This document shows positions 47,143-59,859 of a stretch of 64,000 nucleotides of DNA, piece by piece; the first letter of the stretch is position 1; each line of letters opens with the position of its first letter. Location: assembly GCF_004010195.1 (NCBI RefSeq), contig NC_057718.1, forward strand, positions 66,030,770-66,094,769, in the 5' to 3' direction. A model generated the notes under the pieces. That model worked only from the letters and a program-made list of their open reading frames with translations. It was not told the origin of the DNA and made no database searches. The position numbers and the translations under genes are program-made. The DNA is from Chiloscyllium plagiosum (lineage: Eukaryota).

Positions 47143-50100
47143 TTTCTGGGATGGGGTTGAGAATAATGTTTTTTACAATTTGAAGCCAAAACCATTTTTC
47201 ACTTGCTCTTAAAGGCAGTTATTTTACAGATGCTGAGTTCCATTTTTCTAATTGAAGCTTAAAGGTTTTCATCATAGGTTGAAGGAGGTGCTGATGAGAT
47301 GTATCCCATTGATATTACTTTTCTGCTGGCCTGTGTTTTTCAGGCAATTTTTCTGTTACTGATTGGACTTAAGAGGAGGAACTAAATTTACAGTTGATCA
47401 AGTTCTAGCCAGAGGATTTGCATTAATGTGCTACTTTGCTTTTCTCCATGAGCATTTATCAAACAGTGGGGTGTAGAATCTTTGAGATTTGTTGCATTCT
47501 GTGTTTAAGTTGACACTGCTCATTTAAGAATACCAAGATAGGATACATCCACTTAAGTAATGGAATTGTAAGAATTAATGGTATTAACAATCTAAATATG
47601 AAATAGTTAATACTGGCTACAGCATTCCTTTTCTTGTACTTTAACCAATTACATAAGCAGCGTAATAAATTAAAATTATACCTAGAGCAACTGGATTATT
47701 TCAGAAGGGTCAAAGATTATTTTTCTTAATTATATATTTGTTGAAGTGCAGGTATATTAGTAACAAATTAATGCAAATTCGGACAAAGGAAGCAGCTTTT
47801 CATACTCGATAATAATGAGGATTTCTTCAGTTATAACTGGAGAGGATTTAGTAAGAGTGATCTATTTATAATCCTCCTTTGAAGAGGCAGTTACATCTTT
47901 GATAATAAAGATCACGCAAATTTTGAAAATGCTTCTGGACACAGAAGGGATAAAAAAAAGGTTGGCTGAAGAAATTTATATACAAATTAGGAATCCTGCA
48001 AAGTTCTCCATGAAGTACTTGACTGAATGGGAAGGGGATGTACATTGATTTGAGAGTGGTGAGGAAAGAAGTTTTGAGTGTGATAAGTACACACGCAAAA
48101 GCTATTAAATGGAAAACAATGGAATTATATTAATGCAAGTATGATGCAAGATGAAGATAATTAGTTTTGTTATAAAATCTATTTCAAATGGCAAGTGTTC
48201 TAACAAGTGGGGCAGAGTAGGAAGACAAACAGGTATGGTAGTACAAAATGAAATAGAGTCTGAAAGGAAAGGTATTAATTAAAACCATACAATTTTACAG
48301 AGCACTTGTGCCTGGTCTCTGACTTTGAATCGCAGAGGAATTGGGTGCAGAATCTACAATTTACTTGTCTACAATCCTCAAAATTTGTTCCTTCCTGGTG
48401 ATGCAGAATGAAATGGAACACTGTACAAGAAAAATTTACTTGCCTTAGCTTGAGATGTGCACTTAGTCTTTCAATTTCTCCACAATCTCTCATATACAAA
48501 TGCATTTCCATTTGACTCTAAGAAGCCAGCTGAAACACTGGAGCAAAATTCAGAATCATTGGTCACATCATTATCTTTATCCCTTTATCTCCTGGTTTGT
48601 ATGTAACAAATGAGTAAGAAAGCTTCAAGATGTAATGGCCACCAAAAGAGTGAAGTCCATTACAGTCAAAGATCCTACTGCGCCCACATGCCCTGTTAAT
48701 TTTTATTAAATCATTTAGTATTTCCATATACAGGTCAGGATAGTATGTGGCTTGGAGAGGAACTTACATGTATCTTCAAGCACAAGTTACAATGACCATC
48801 CAGTGGCCTTAGGTGTTGCCCTGTCCACAACATTATATCTACATCAATATATAGACAGGAGAAACCGTTATCAGTTTGAACTGGTTTTAACATTTTTTTA
48901 GATCATGGTCGTCCTGTATGTTAAAACCTACCTTTATTACTCTGACCCAGCTACTGAATCTGAGACAATTAAAATTTATTTAGCATCTACAGCTTCTTGC
49001 AGAAGAAAAACTTCTGATTTCTGCTGCTATCACTGTGGAAACATTTTCCTGACTTCTGTATTATTTAGCTGAGGTCTAGTTTTAAGTTTATACTCACCCA
49101 CCGCATCCCATGTTCTTTTCTCCCTCATCAGATGAAAGAGTAACTGTTAGCGTATCGTTTACCATTTTAAAAAGCTTCAATTAGAATACCACTCAACCTT
49201 CTAAATTTAATGGAGATGACACAACCTGTAATCATAATTTAACCCTTTCAGCTGTGATATAAGTTTGGACAATTTGTCTGGAATGACTACAGGGCTAATG
49301 GAGATCACAGAAATGAGTTTGGATGTAGTTTAGCATTACAGTGAGGACTTTAAAATCGAGGTGTTGGAACCTTGGAAACAGAGTATATCAGCAAGCATGG
49401 GTGATGGGTAAACTGAACATGGTGCAAGTTAGGATACAGGTAACATTGTTTTGAATGAGTTTAATATGATGAGTGAAAAATGGGAAGCTGTCCAAGAGAG
49501 CATTGTAAAAGTCATTTCTGAAGATAAAAGCATGAATAAGAGTTTTAATGACAAATGAGATGGGGGAAAAGCGCAGCGAGAGTTAATGTTACATGGAAGT
49601 ATGTAGAATATGAATGTGGAAACTCAAGGATGCAGAAGTTGTGAGCAATCTTAATTCAGCCTGTGACTGGGCACCATAGAATCATTAGCCTTGGGGTAGA
49701 ATATGCTGAGGGCTGCAGATAATGTTCAGCCTTCCAAGTGTTTGTTTGAGAAGATTTTTAATTCTGCAGGACTGGATGTCAGGTAAGCAGGTTGAATTCA
49801 CAACCTATGGAGGGGTCACGTGGTAATGGCCTTGTGGTGATATCATGGAGTATTATTAATCCAGAGACCTAAGTAATGTTCTGCATACCTGGTTTCAAGT
49901 TCTACCATGGTAGATGAAACTATTGTTGATGATTTTGTCAAAAAAACAAAGCAGATGCATTAGAGGAAGGTGTGATAAATTCTGAAAGGCTGAAATCAGG
50001 TCAAGTAAAATAAGGAGGGATGGGGAACATGGTTAGTCACATAGATTGCAAGTTGTAATTTTTCCACATTGGATTCCATCTGCTAGTTTTTTCATGCACT

Positions 50101-50576
50101 TAAACCATGTACTTCTCTTCAACTCCTGTTGTGACCTTTCATCTCAGTGCTTACTTCATAATGTTGCATTATGTAGTGCACTTTATTCCCTTGTGTGCTT
50201 TGGATGTCAGCTTTATATCATAAATGGGAGAGGGCTGTATCACAACATTAGCCTAATGTTAACTGAAACCTTTTTTTAATTCACTGGGCTTATGTTAACA
50301 ATATGTATGAAACACTTGCAGTACTTATTTTCTGCTAAGATGTGGTTTAAATGTGCTATCTGCAGTTTATGCAGTTTATCATCTGCCCCAGGTGATATTA
50401 GATTTATGCTGCAAAACGCGAAATAAAACTAAGTTTTTTTTTAAAAGAAATTCTATCGAAGATTAGTTCTTGAGTATTAAAATTGAGATGATGGTTTGCA
50501 GATCAGTTTCCATTCCGAACTTTTTACACGAAATGCAAAGTCAAATAGTAATAAGAACTGTATCCATTCTGATTTA

Positions 50577-50735
50577 AAACAAACAAACACACAATGGTGG
50601 ATGCTAGAAATCTGGAATAAAAACTGTTGGAGAAACACAGCAGGTCTGACAGAGTCACTGAACTGGAAACGTTAACTCTCTTTTCTCTGTATTGATGTTG
50701 CCAGACCTCCTGTGTTTTTCCATACACTGTTTTAA
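50577..50735. mobile_element. Older fold-back Penelope-type remnant
   Basis: ggagaaacacagcaggtctg ... cagacctcctgtgtttttcc inverted arms; central gaaacgtt half-core. Confidence 0.6.
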
Positions 50736-51398
50736 CTTCACTTAGATTCCTCCAGTAAATTTCTCCTTACTACACTTCTAAAGATTTTATCAATCTCTCA
50801 AAATGTGACAACTAAGGTTGAACTTTATTTTGAAAGTTTTATTCTTTCAAATATATATTTTCTGCCTGCATTCTGCACTCTTTAGCTCCTTCCGAAATGG
50901 TTACAACATTCTTGATTCATATAATAGGAATCACTTTCTTAACTTTACGTTTTACATGACAGACCAGACATCCCGAAGATATAAATGCAAGTGTGCATGT
51001 CAACATTCCATTCATGCTGCCAGTTATTTAATTTTGGTGAATAGTTAATATCTATTGTTCAGAGTTTGCCATCCCAGGATCATCATTTATCTTTATTTGC
51101 CATGCAGTATTTATAAGAGTGTGACTTGAAAGCAGGAAAATGTCATTTTCAAAATTGGTTCATTTACAAACAGTATGTCCCAAGTTCACTGGAGTGTTGT
51201 CAAGCAAAATCTGACCCATATTAATAGGAAAAAGCTGGATAGCCAAGAGCTTGGTCAAAATGGTAGATGTGAGAGTACCTTAAAAGAGAGAAACAAGTTG
51301 AGGAAGAGGCCTACGGCACTGACAAAATCCCATCCACGGTGGAACAATTAAAATTCGGGATGGTCAAGTTATCAGAATTAAGGCAGCTTAAATTGCTG

Positions 51399-51651
51399 AT
51401 TAGATTAGATTAGATTACTTAGTGTGGAAACAGGCCCTTCAGCCCAACAAGTCCACACCGACCCGCCGCAGCGCAACCCACCAGATCCACACCCCCACAT
51501 TTACCCCTTCACCTAATACTATGGGCAATTTAGCATGGCCAATTCACCTAACCTGCACATTATAGCCTCAGAGACCCAGGTTCAATTCCCGTCTCAGGCG
51601 ACTCTCTGTGTGGAGTTGCACATTCTCCCCGTGTCTGCGTGGGTTTCCTCC
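51399..51651. mobile_element. HE1/V-SINE-like element with inverted 5' half
   Basis: 3' half and (TAGAT)n tail on minus strand (51399-51561); 5' half on plus strand (51565-51651). Confidence 0.85.
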
Positions 51652-51899
51652 CTGAGGGCTAAAGTGCTGGAGAAGAATATGGAATGCCAGAACAGATTAG
51701 CTCAAGATTTGGGAGGCAATAATTTGATCATGAAGTTTGTGGAGAGACAAGAGGTAGTAGATTATATATTTTCACTGAATGTAGGTGTAATCCAGCTTCA
51801 GTCAGGGTCCTCATGTTCATATTTGTGTACATGATTATGATGGTCAAATAATTCAACAGTGCACTGAACTCTAGTAACCTGCTACAAAATAAAAATCAA

Positions 51900-52076
51900 T
51901 TAGGTGAAAATGAGGACAGCAGATGCTGGAGATCAGAGTTAAGAATGTGGTGCTGGAAAAGTACAGCAGGTCAGGCAGCATCAGGAATGAGTCAAGACTT
52001 ATGCCCGAAACATCAATTCTCCTGCTCCTCAGATACTGCCTGAACTGCTGTGCTTTTTCAGCACCACACACTCGAC
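51900..52076. mobile_element. Fold-back Penelope-derived mini-element (family A), centre deleted
   Basis: Inverted arms; perfect 16-bp TSD ACAAAATAAAAATCAA 51884-51899 / 52077-52092; half-core ttatgcccgaaacatc. Confidence 0.85.
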
Positions 52077-53011
52077 ACAAAATAAAAATCAAAACGGCTA
52101 GTGGATTGTTAGCCTTTACAACACAAAAGCTAAACTATAAAGTGGAGAAAATCATCTTGCAGCTGAACAAAAACCCTAGTAGCACTTGAAATAATGACTA
52201 CATGTTGCAGTTGGCAAAGCAAGGTGGCTTGCCATTAGTGAAGAGGTCTCACTGATCTGTTTCTGCCACCATGAGGTGGTACTGCAGCTGCTTCCAGTAT
52301 TCCATACTGGACATTCTTGGAGCAGAAGTGATGTCACTGGGCAACCTACTGAAGCAACCAATCATCTTTGACGATTTTTACATTGCCAAATGGCACAAAA
52401 TTATAAATACTTTTAAAAATGCTTTATGTAAGCCACGCTGAAGATTAGAAATATATATCTATATGAAGGTAGAAGGTAAAATATGCTAAATTCTTTATTT
52501 ATTTTAAAATAATTTTAAAGAATTAACTCATTCTTTTAACATCACTCCATGAATGTAACATAACATCTATTATAGGCAAATTCTGCTCTTCATCAAATTT
52601 TGTTAAATCCCATCACCATTACAAAACTAATAATACGTGCTTGAATGAAGTGTAATGTTTTGAGGTTTTTAACAGTAATTTGGAGGGGGAGGATTGAAAT
52701 TTAATAATTGCTACATTTGCAAACTGGTGGGAGGCAGATGAAAGTGTCTGCTGTACAACTTGTGACAGATTGTGAGTGATAAGCAAGAGCTTTAGGATTT
52801 CTCTACCACTGCACAAGCACTTAATTTGTGGTCAGATGCAGTGGACAATGACAAAATACTGGTCCTTCATTTTCAAGGAGGGTCCTCCCCTATTGCTTGG
52901 CCTGCAAAGTCCCGGGTCTTAAATTACCTTGGGAGGAATACAGTACGGACTTACTGAAATGTTACCGGAGCTAAATTATGAGAAACAATTGCATCGACTC
53001 ACATTTCATTT

Positions 53012-53249
53012 GGAGATTGTACGGACTGCAGATGCTGGAAAGTCAGAGTTAATAAAGTATGGAGCTGGAAACAGCATAGCAGGTCAAGCAGCATGAGAGG
53101 CACATGCGACTCTACCTTTTAGTTTGGAACCTTTCATCAGGACTAGATGAGTCCTGATGAAAGGTTCCAAACTGAAACGTCAATTCACCTGCTCCTCCAA
53201 ATGCTGCTTGACCTGCTGTGCTTTTCCCAGCTCCATACTTTATCCACAA
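53012..53249. mobile_element. Fold-back Penelope-derived mini-element (family A variant)
   Basis: Perfect 24-bp inner arms 53121-53144 / 53150-53173; plus-strand core CTGATGA-AA-GGTT-CCA-AACT-GAA-ACGT-C (53154-53181); TSD tcac(a/g)tttcattt 52999-53011 / 53250-53262. Confidence 0.82.
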
Positions 53250-53459
53250 TCACGTTTCATTTAAAGTCAGGCAATTCAGACCAGCTGCTTGGGAGCTCTT
53301 CTTCATTACAAACGATGGTTAAAAAAATGATAAATTCCATGTCACAAAAGTCAGTAGATCCATGTTCAATTAAAATTTTAAATCTGGGATTGATTTTTTC
53401 CCAAACATATAAAATCTGACATTTAAAAAAATTTAATGTCAGCAATTGTGACTATGAAA

Positions 53460-55990
53460 ACATTGTTTGAGACAGCTGTTTCACAGACTCATCAAAGAAC
53501 AGCCTGCTGTAGTTGTACTCATTCGGTCACACCTTATAATAAAAGCCCTAGTTGACATCAACAGTATTGGGGATATCCTATCTCACGAGCAGGGCAGAAC
53601 CATAAGATGTCATATACAGAAGGGAATTGTCCTGGCAATCCTCAATATTGACTCTGGGTGCCATAATGTCGCATGCCTTTGGATCAAACACGGCCAAGGA
53701 AAGTTTATTCTAGTTACATCGACTGCGGCGTCTTAGCTGATGAATCAGTCCTGTTCCATTTTGAATACCACGTGGAAGAAGCAAAGATACAAAATATACA
53801 CTGGATGGGTGACTTAAATGTCATTGCAAAAGTCTTGAAGTAGAATCAGAAGCTCATCAAGTCCTAAAGAATATAGTTTCTGGATGGTCTGCAGGAGAAG
53901 TTGTGGAAACAAGGGGGAATCATCTACTTAACCAAGTTGCAAATGCATCTGACCATTGCACAGTCTTTATGGAGAAAACATTCCATTTTTGTATTGAGGA
54001 TACTCAACATTTTGTTTAATGGCATTGTAAGTAGGAGATTTCAAACACGTGAAGCAACTTAAAATTGGCACAATTGAATCTCTGGTTCCCAACCCTTTAA
54101 GGCCTGACATGTCCCCAGCTTTGCTATTACCATCGAGAGAATTATCCCCATTTCAATGATGACTGCAGAGATCCAGGAGCAATATCAGGTATACCTAAAA
54201 ATTCGGGATCAAGCTGGCGAGGCTGTAATACTAAAGAAGCTGCATGTCAAACAGTGATAGTAACAAATGATGGACATGGCTAAGCTCTGTAATCTTGCCA
54301 TATCCATTTGTGAATGGTTGTGAATAATTAAGCAACTAACTAAAGTAAGAGGTTCCACCTTTATACCCATCTTCAATAATGGGAGTGCCCAACACATTGG
54401 AGCAAAAGCCAAAGCATGAAACATTACAGTATCCTTTAGCCAGAAACGCTAAATGTGCAATTCATTTTGGTTACACCTTGAGGTTCCCACATCACAAGGC
54501 AGTTTTCAGCAAATTCAACTCACTCCTTGTGATATCAAGAAATGTCTAAAGGCACTAAATATTGAAAAAAACCAAGGTTCCTGACAACATTCTGGTAATA
54601 GGACTGAAGATTGTGTTCCGGATCTAGCCCCATCTCTTGTCAAGCTGTTCCAGTATGGCCACAACATAGGCATCTACCTAATGAAGTGGAATATTGCCCA
54701 GCTACATCTAGTCCACAAAATGCAAGACAAAATCAACCCAGCTAATGACCGTCCCACCAGTCTACTATCTGTTATAAGCTAAGTAATAGATGGGATTGTT
54801 GACAGTGCTATAAGCAGTACTTACTCAACAATACCTACTCACTGACACTCCGTTTGACTTCTTCAAGGCCACTTAACTTCTATTACAACGTTTTCCCAAA
54901 TATATAAACTTTAGAGGGAAGATTACCTCAATATCAAGACAGCATTTAATAACGTGTGGCTTAAAAGAGCTTTGAAAAACTCATGTCAGTATGAATAATT
55001 GGAAGTGTGCTAAATTCTCCACACTTTCTGTACTGGTTGGAGTCATATCTAACACATAAGAAGTTGGTGTAGTTTTTGGAAGTCAGTCATCTCAGTCGTA
55101 GAATACCACTGCTGGAGGTATTAGGCTAGGCCCAGCCATCTTTAGCTGCTTTATTAATAACCTTCCATCCACCATCAGGTAAAAAGTGATGTTCACTGAT
55201 GGCACAATGTTCAGGGCCATTAGTGGCTTCTTGGATATGAGGCTGAACATGTTTTAAACGTAACCTGGAAAGTTTTTCGGCTTGGGCTGCTAAGTGGCAG
55301 GTGACATTATAATGCACAAATTCCAGGCAAAGACCATCTCTAACGAAAGAGAATCGAACCATGTCTTTATGACATTTACTGGCATTGTTGCTGAATTCCC
55401 CCAACTTTAACTTCCTGGCATTACCATTATCCAGAATCTGAACTGGACCAGTCATATAAATACTCAGGCCACAGAAGCAAGTCAGAGGCCTGGAGTTCTG
55501 CAACATGTAACTCACCTCCTGAGCTCTCAAAGTCTTCCCACCAACTACAATACATTAGTCAGGATTGAATTGAAATTTTGTTCATTTGCCTGAATAGGTG
55601 CAGCTCAAACAACACCAAAGAAGTTCGACATCATCCTAGACAAAGCAGCCCACTTGATTCGCACTTCCACACCTGCAGTAGTATCAACATATACAAGATG
55701 AACTGAAGCAACTCAATAAGACTTTTTTTTTTTAGCAATTTCCCAATCTGTGACCTCAATCACCCAGAAGGACAAGAGTTGCAAAGGCGTTTCCAAATCA
55801 CACACCTTCCAGAAGTGGAATTATTTTGCCATTTTCTTCTATTATTGCTAGATCAATATCCCGGAACTCCCTTCCTAATAACTCTAGGAGCATATGCAAC
55901 CATAGACTATTGATTTAAGAAGCAGCTCACTGTCATCATTACAAGGCCAATTAGGAATGGACAATAAATAGCAAGATTTTCCCAGTCATT
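53460..55990 (+). mobile_element. Old non-LTR LINE (CR1/L2 group) whose 3' tail is shared with the local tRNA SINE
   Basis: PDNI (cctgacaacatt), K.NPAN.RP (aatcaacccagctaatgaccgtccc), LGPAIFSCFINNLP (ctaggcccagccatctttagctgctttattaataacc), FTD, and tail aattaggaatggacaataaatag. Confidence 0.75.
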
Positions 55991-57649
55991 AATGTGAATG
56001 CTGTTATGTTTCAGAGTCTTTGAAATGTTTTCCTTTGTCTTTTCCTAGAATGTTGGAGAATTAAGAAAACAGTATCTGGAAGGGAGATGCTGTTCAACCT
56101 TCAGACAGTGAGCAGTCCCTCTAGCTGATTTTGCAGGAGCATTGCTTGAATACTTGTGGAACTGGCTTCAAGAAGAATATTAGTGTTAGTGGCCTGAGGA
56201 TTTGGTAGAGACTTTGCTGATGAAATTTCTCTAGTGTTCTTATGGGTTGCTGATACAAAGTATACTAAAATTTGGTGACAGCAACTACCCTGTACACTAA
56301 AACTTTTGCTGACTTACAGAAGTCTTTGTTATTAAACATGCACCTAAGCAGACTTTGCATTGACCTAACTCCTTCAAACACACAATCCAGGAGGGGTGCC
56401 AGTTTTTTTGATTTGGGAATGCCTACATAAAATTTAATATTTCTTCTGGCAGAAAAAGGATACTTTTTATAGTTACATGATGTTCAGCTTTGTCAGCAGT
56501 AGGGTGCCATTTACATTGGCCTTTCTGATTCTATTTTTCCCATTAGTGCTTTTCTAAATATTGGAATCACAATCAATCCTAGCATTAAACTCCACCAAAA
56601 TGGTAATCTTGTTATATTTTGGGATAGCAGTGAAGACAAGGTTAGAATAGAAATGTTCTGTTGTCTTCATTAGAGTTGAAGGTTCGTGAATAAACATTGA
56701 TACACGACATTTGGTTATCACTGAGCTGTAGGTGAGGTGTAATTTTTATACAACTGGGACATTCTGTCAGTGCATCACAGATCTTATTCCAGATGACAAA
56801 ACCAATCCATGGACATGTATTTAATCTGTCTGTTTCAGCATAAAATTTATCCTATACATGTTTACTCAGCTACCATTCCCTGGAAGGCTGGATTTCATTG
56901 CGGGCATTGTTGTCTATGTAGACTCTTGGTAACTCATGTGGTACATTTTGAAGTTCCACTTTCAGGATGGTCAGTTTCAAGATTATCCATGAGTACTTAC
57001 TCGTTTCAAGTTGCAAAATTCAAAGTTTTCTTTCTTTAATAAGCAAAAACATGCTCTAACAGGGTGTGGAGGAGGTGATCCAGCCTATTTTTAGTGCATT
57101 CTTATTAGCGCATACCCCTCCCTATCCTTTGGGGTGACCAGAGGGTAGAAGACTTTTCAGTTTCAAATGTTGCTGCCCAAACGCACCTCTGTTCCAATAC
57201 AGGTGCCCATAAGACTCTGTTGCTTGTGTGCACATTTCTGACCCAGCACTACCAGATTCACAATTCTATCACTGTTGCCAATTCTCCATCAACATGGAAT
57301 TTAGCAAATCAAACCTGGTAGAAACCGGGATGTGATTCTACTTGATGCATAGGACATTGTCCACACAACCTCAACGGATTGATGGTCAGATCGAGATCAG
57401 CTCACCATCTTCTGCCTTTGTGGCTGGGTAGACATACAGACTTCCTTTGTCTAATCTGTTAATGCATTAATGGACAGCAGTCTTTTTGGCACCTTTTATC
57501 ATTGCTACCGTGGATAGCCCTACCATGAGTATGGAGCTCTGAACAACATTGTTCAAGGGATCATTGATACAATCAAGCCTCTTCACTATGCCAAAGTGCT
57601 GTGGAGGAAGATGAGCAGAATAGTCGGCAGAATTTGTACCTGAATGGGC

Positions 57650-58400
57650 ATTTCTACTGCTGATTTTGAATTTGCTGCTTTAACAACCAGCCACACCACC
57701 TGGTTCTAGTAACTCAGTATTTTTTTCATCAGCATCATTCAATCTGCAATATTTGGGAATGTCGCAAATAATTCATTTCAGATGGGATGTTTTAAAGTGG
57801 TGCACCTTTGCTGTTAGCAGAAGAGGCCAATCCTTCAGAGGCAGGTTCTGCTGTAGGTGCTCTAAATGGAGTTTTGTGTCATTGTGAGTTGTTTTCAGTG
57901 TTGGCACTTCTTGCGAAGCTGCTACAGTTGTTCATCTTAGTGGTACACTCAATTGACCGGAGCTATGATCACTTTCCTCTGTCACCAGCTAGTGGCTTCT
58001 AGTTGTGATGATCATTGTTTAGGCCCTTTACTTCATGATTGCATGCATCCTCAAAGAGCAGCTTTTGCTTTCCCATTGGTTGTCTGACTTTGGCTGCCTT
58101 AACATACAGAACATCCTTGGGCATGCAACCATCTTTCGTCTTCCACACATGCCCAAGCCAATGAAGGTAACCAACTAGAAGTTCTGCATTTGAGAGGACT
58201 GCTTCGTTTGTGAGTTTCTACATGTAATGTCCCACAAATAGTGAAGATGGAATTTTTTGATTGTTTGATAATTGTAAGTCATCCATGATTCAAAGCCATA
58301 AAACAAGATGGTGAGAACATAGACCTTTAACCATCAACTTGAACTTAGTCCATGTGTATTTCTTGAGTTGGCCAAAGATATCTGCCTTCCTTACATGTGT
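57650..58400 (-). mobile_element. Decayed RTE-clade LINE 3' region
   Basis: 58167-58113 minus reads LHWLGHVWKTKDGCMPKD (RTE RLRWLGHV.RM.D.R.PK motif). Confidence 0.6.
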
Positions 58401-59859
58401 ATCAAGCTCTTCATCAAGAGGCTATGTCAATATTATAATTCTAATATTAGTAAGATAATGTACCACTGGAGCTCACTTTCTTTGTTTTATCTGCTTCAAA
58501 CATTAATGAGATGCTCCAGTTAATGTTAATTTCCAGAACAATTGGAAAGATTAAAGAATGCCAAATGTTCCAAAAACTTATGATACCCCATATTTGGGAG
58601 TGGAAAAAAATAGCCCTCTGGTTTCTTCTTTTTCTGGTTCCAAATGTTCAAGCTAATGGATCATTCACTAACATGAGGGGGAATCATGCTTTTTCTACAT
58701 TTTAATGCAGCCATTTGAGTTCATGCTAATAACCTTCAGTTCAAGGTAAAAACATCGATCCTTAATTTATAATTGGCAATATAGCAGGAGCGTTTTGCAA
58801 ATCTCAAAGATAGTGAGCAATTTCATGATCTTCAACGAGAAGTTAACATCTCTCAATTTACAACCGATTGAAGCATTGTTTGATGGTGATTCCCAGTATC
58901 AATTTGCAGTAATGGCGTTAAATTGTCTAAGCAGCCAATCACATGAAATAATTTTCACACACTTCAAACAAATATTGGGACGTCACATGGTGTATGAATC
59001 TGAAATATTATTAAAACACACCTTTTAAATTTAATTATTTTGAAAATGTAGTTTGAATGAGACGTTTTCTGAAATTCCACATTTTGTACAGGAGCAGATT
59101 AGTGGATTCAGCTTTTGTTATTATTTAGATTGCTGTTAAGCATCCAGTTGTACCTCATTGAGTAGTGCTTAATTTTTAACAAAGTTTCATAATAGTTGTA
59201 TTATATTAGAAAATGTAAGCTGTCAACAAAAAGCAATTACTTGTTTAATTGCTGGCTGAGTGGAGAGAGAGCTTTGGTGGGTGCTGTGTACAAAAGTCTA
59301 CAAATAGTCTCAGGTAGAACAATGAATGAAAGACTGAAACTTCAGGATTTCTGTGTTGATCTGTGTTTGTACCAAATCCTGAAGTTGCAGTTAGGCTCTG
59401 AGGAATAATACTGGTAAACACTGACAGTTCACCATCAAAACCCCACAAAACAATAGCTAGAGTCTACCACTCGCTATATCCAGAACTCACTACTGCTGAG
59501 CTATCTGAGAATAAACTGGCACCCTGCGACACACATCATCTTTTAGAGGCTGGTGTGATCTAAACAAGCACTTGTCAGTCTGAGGTTTCCCTAAAGAATA
59601 CATGACATTTGTCCCAGATGAGGCAGATAAAGGGAAACTGGCATCTCATTTTACCTATAGGGTGGTGCAGACCGTAGATGCCCTCTTCACCCATGACCAA
59701 CTGAGAAGTCACGCCATCAGATCCTGCAAGCCTGAGCAGAGATTGCCACCCAGTCTGTGATCTCTGACGTTTGGAAGACTACTGACTGCCTGTCCTAAGG
59801 TTTGGCAATTCTGGGCTAGACAAGAACTTGCAAGAAAGGGAGGACTCAGTATCGTGATC

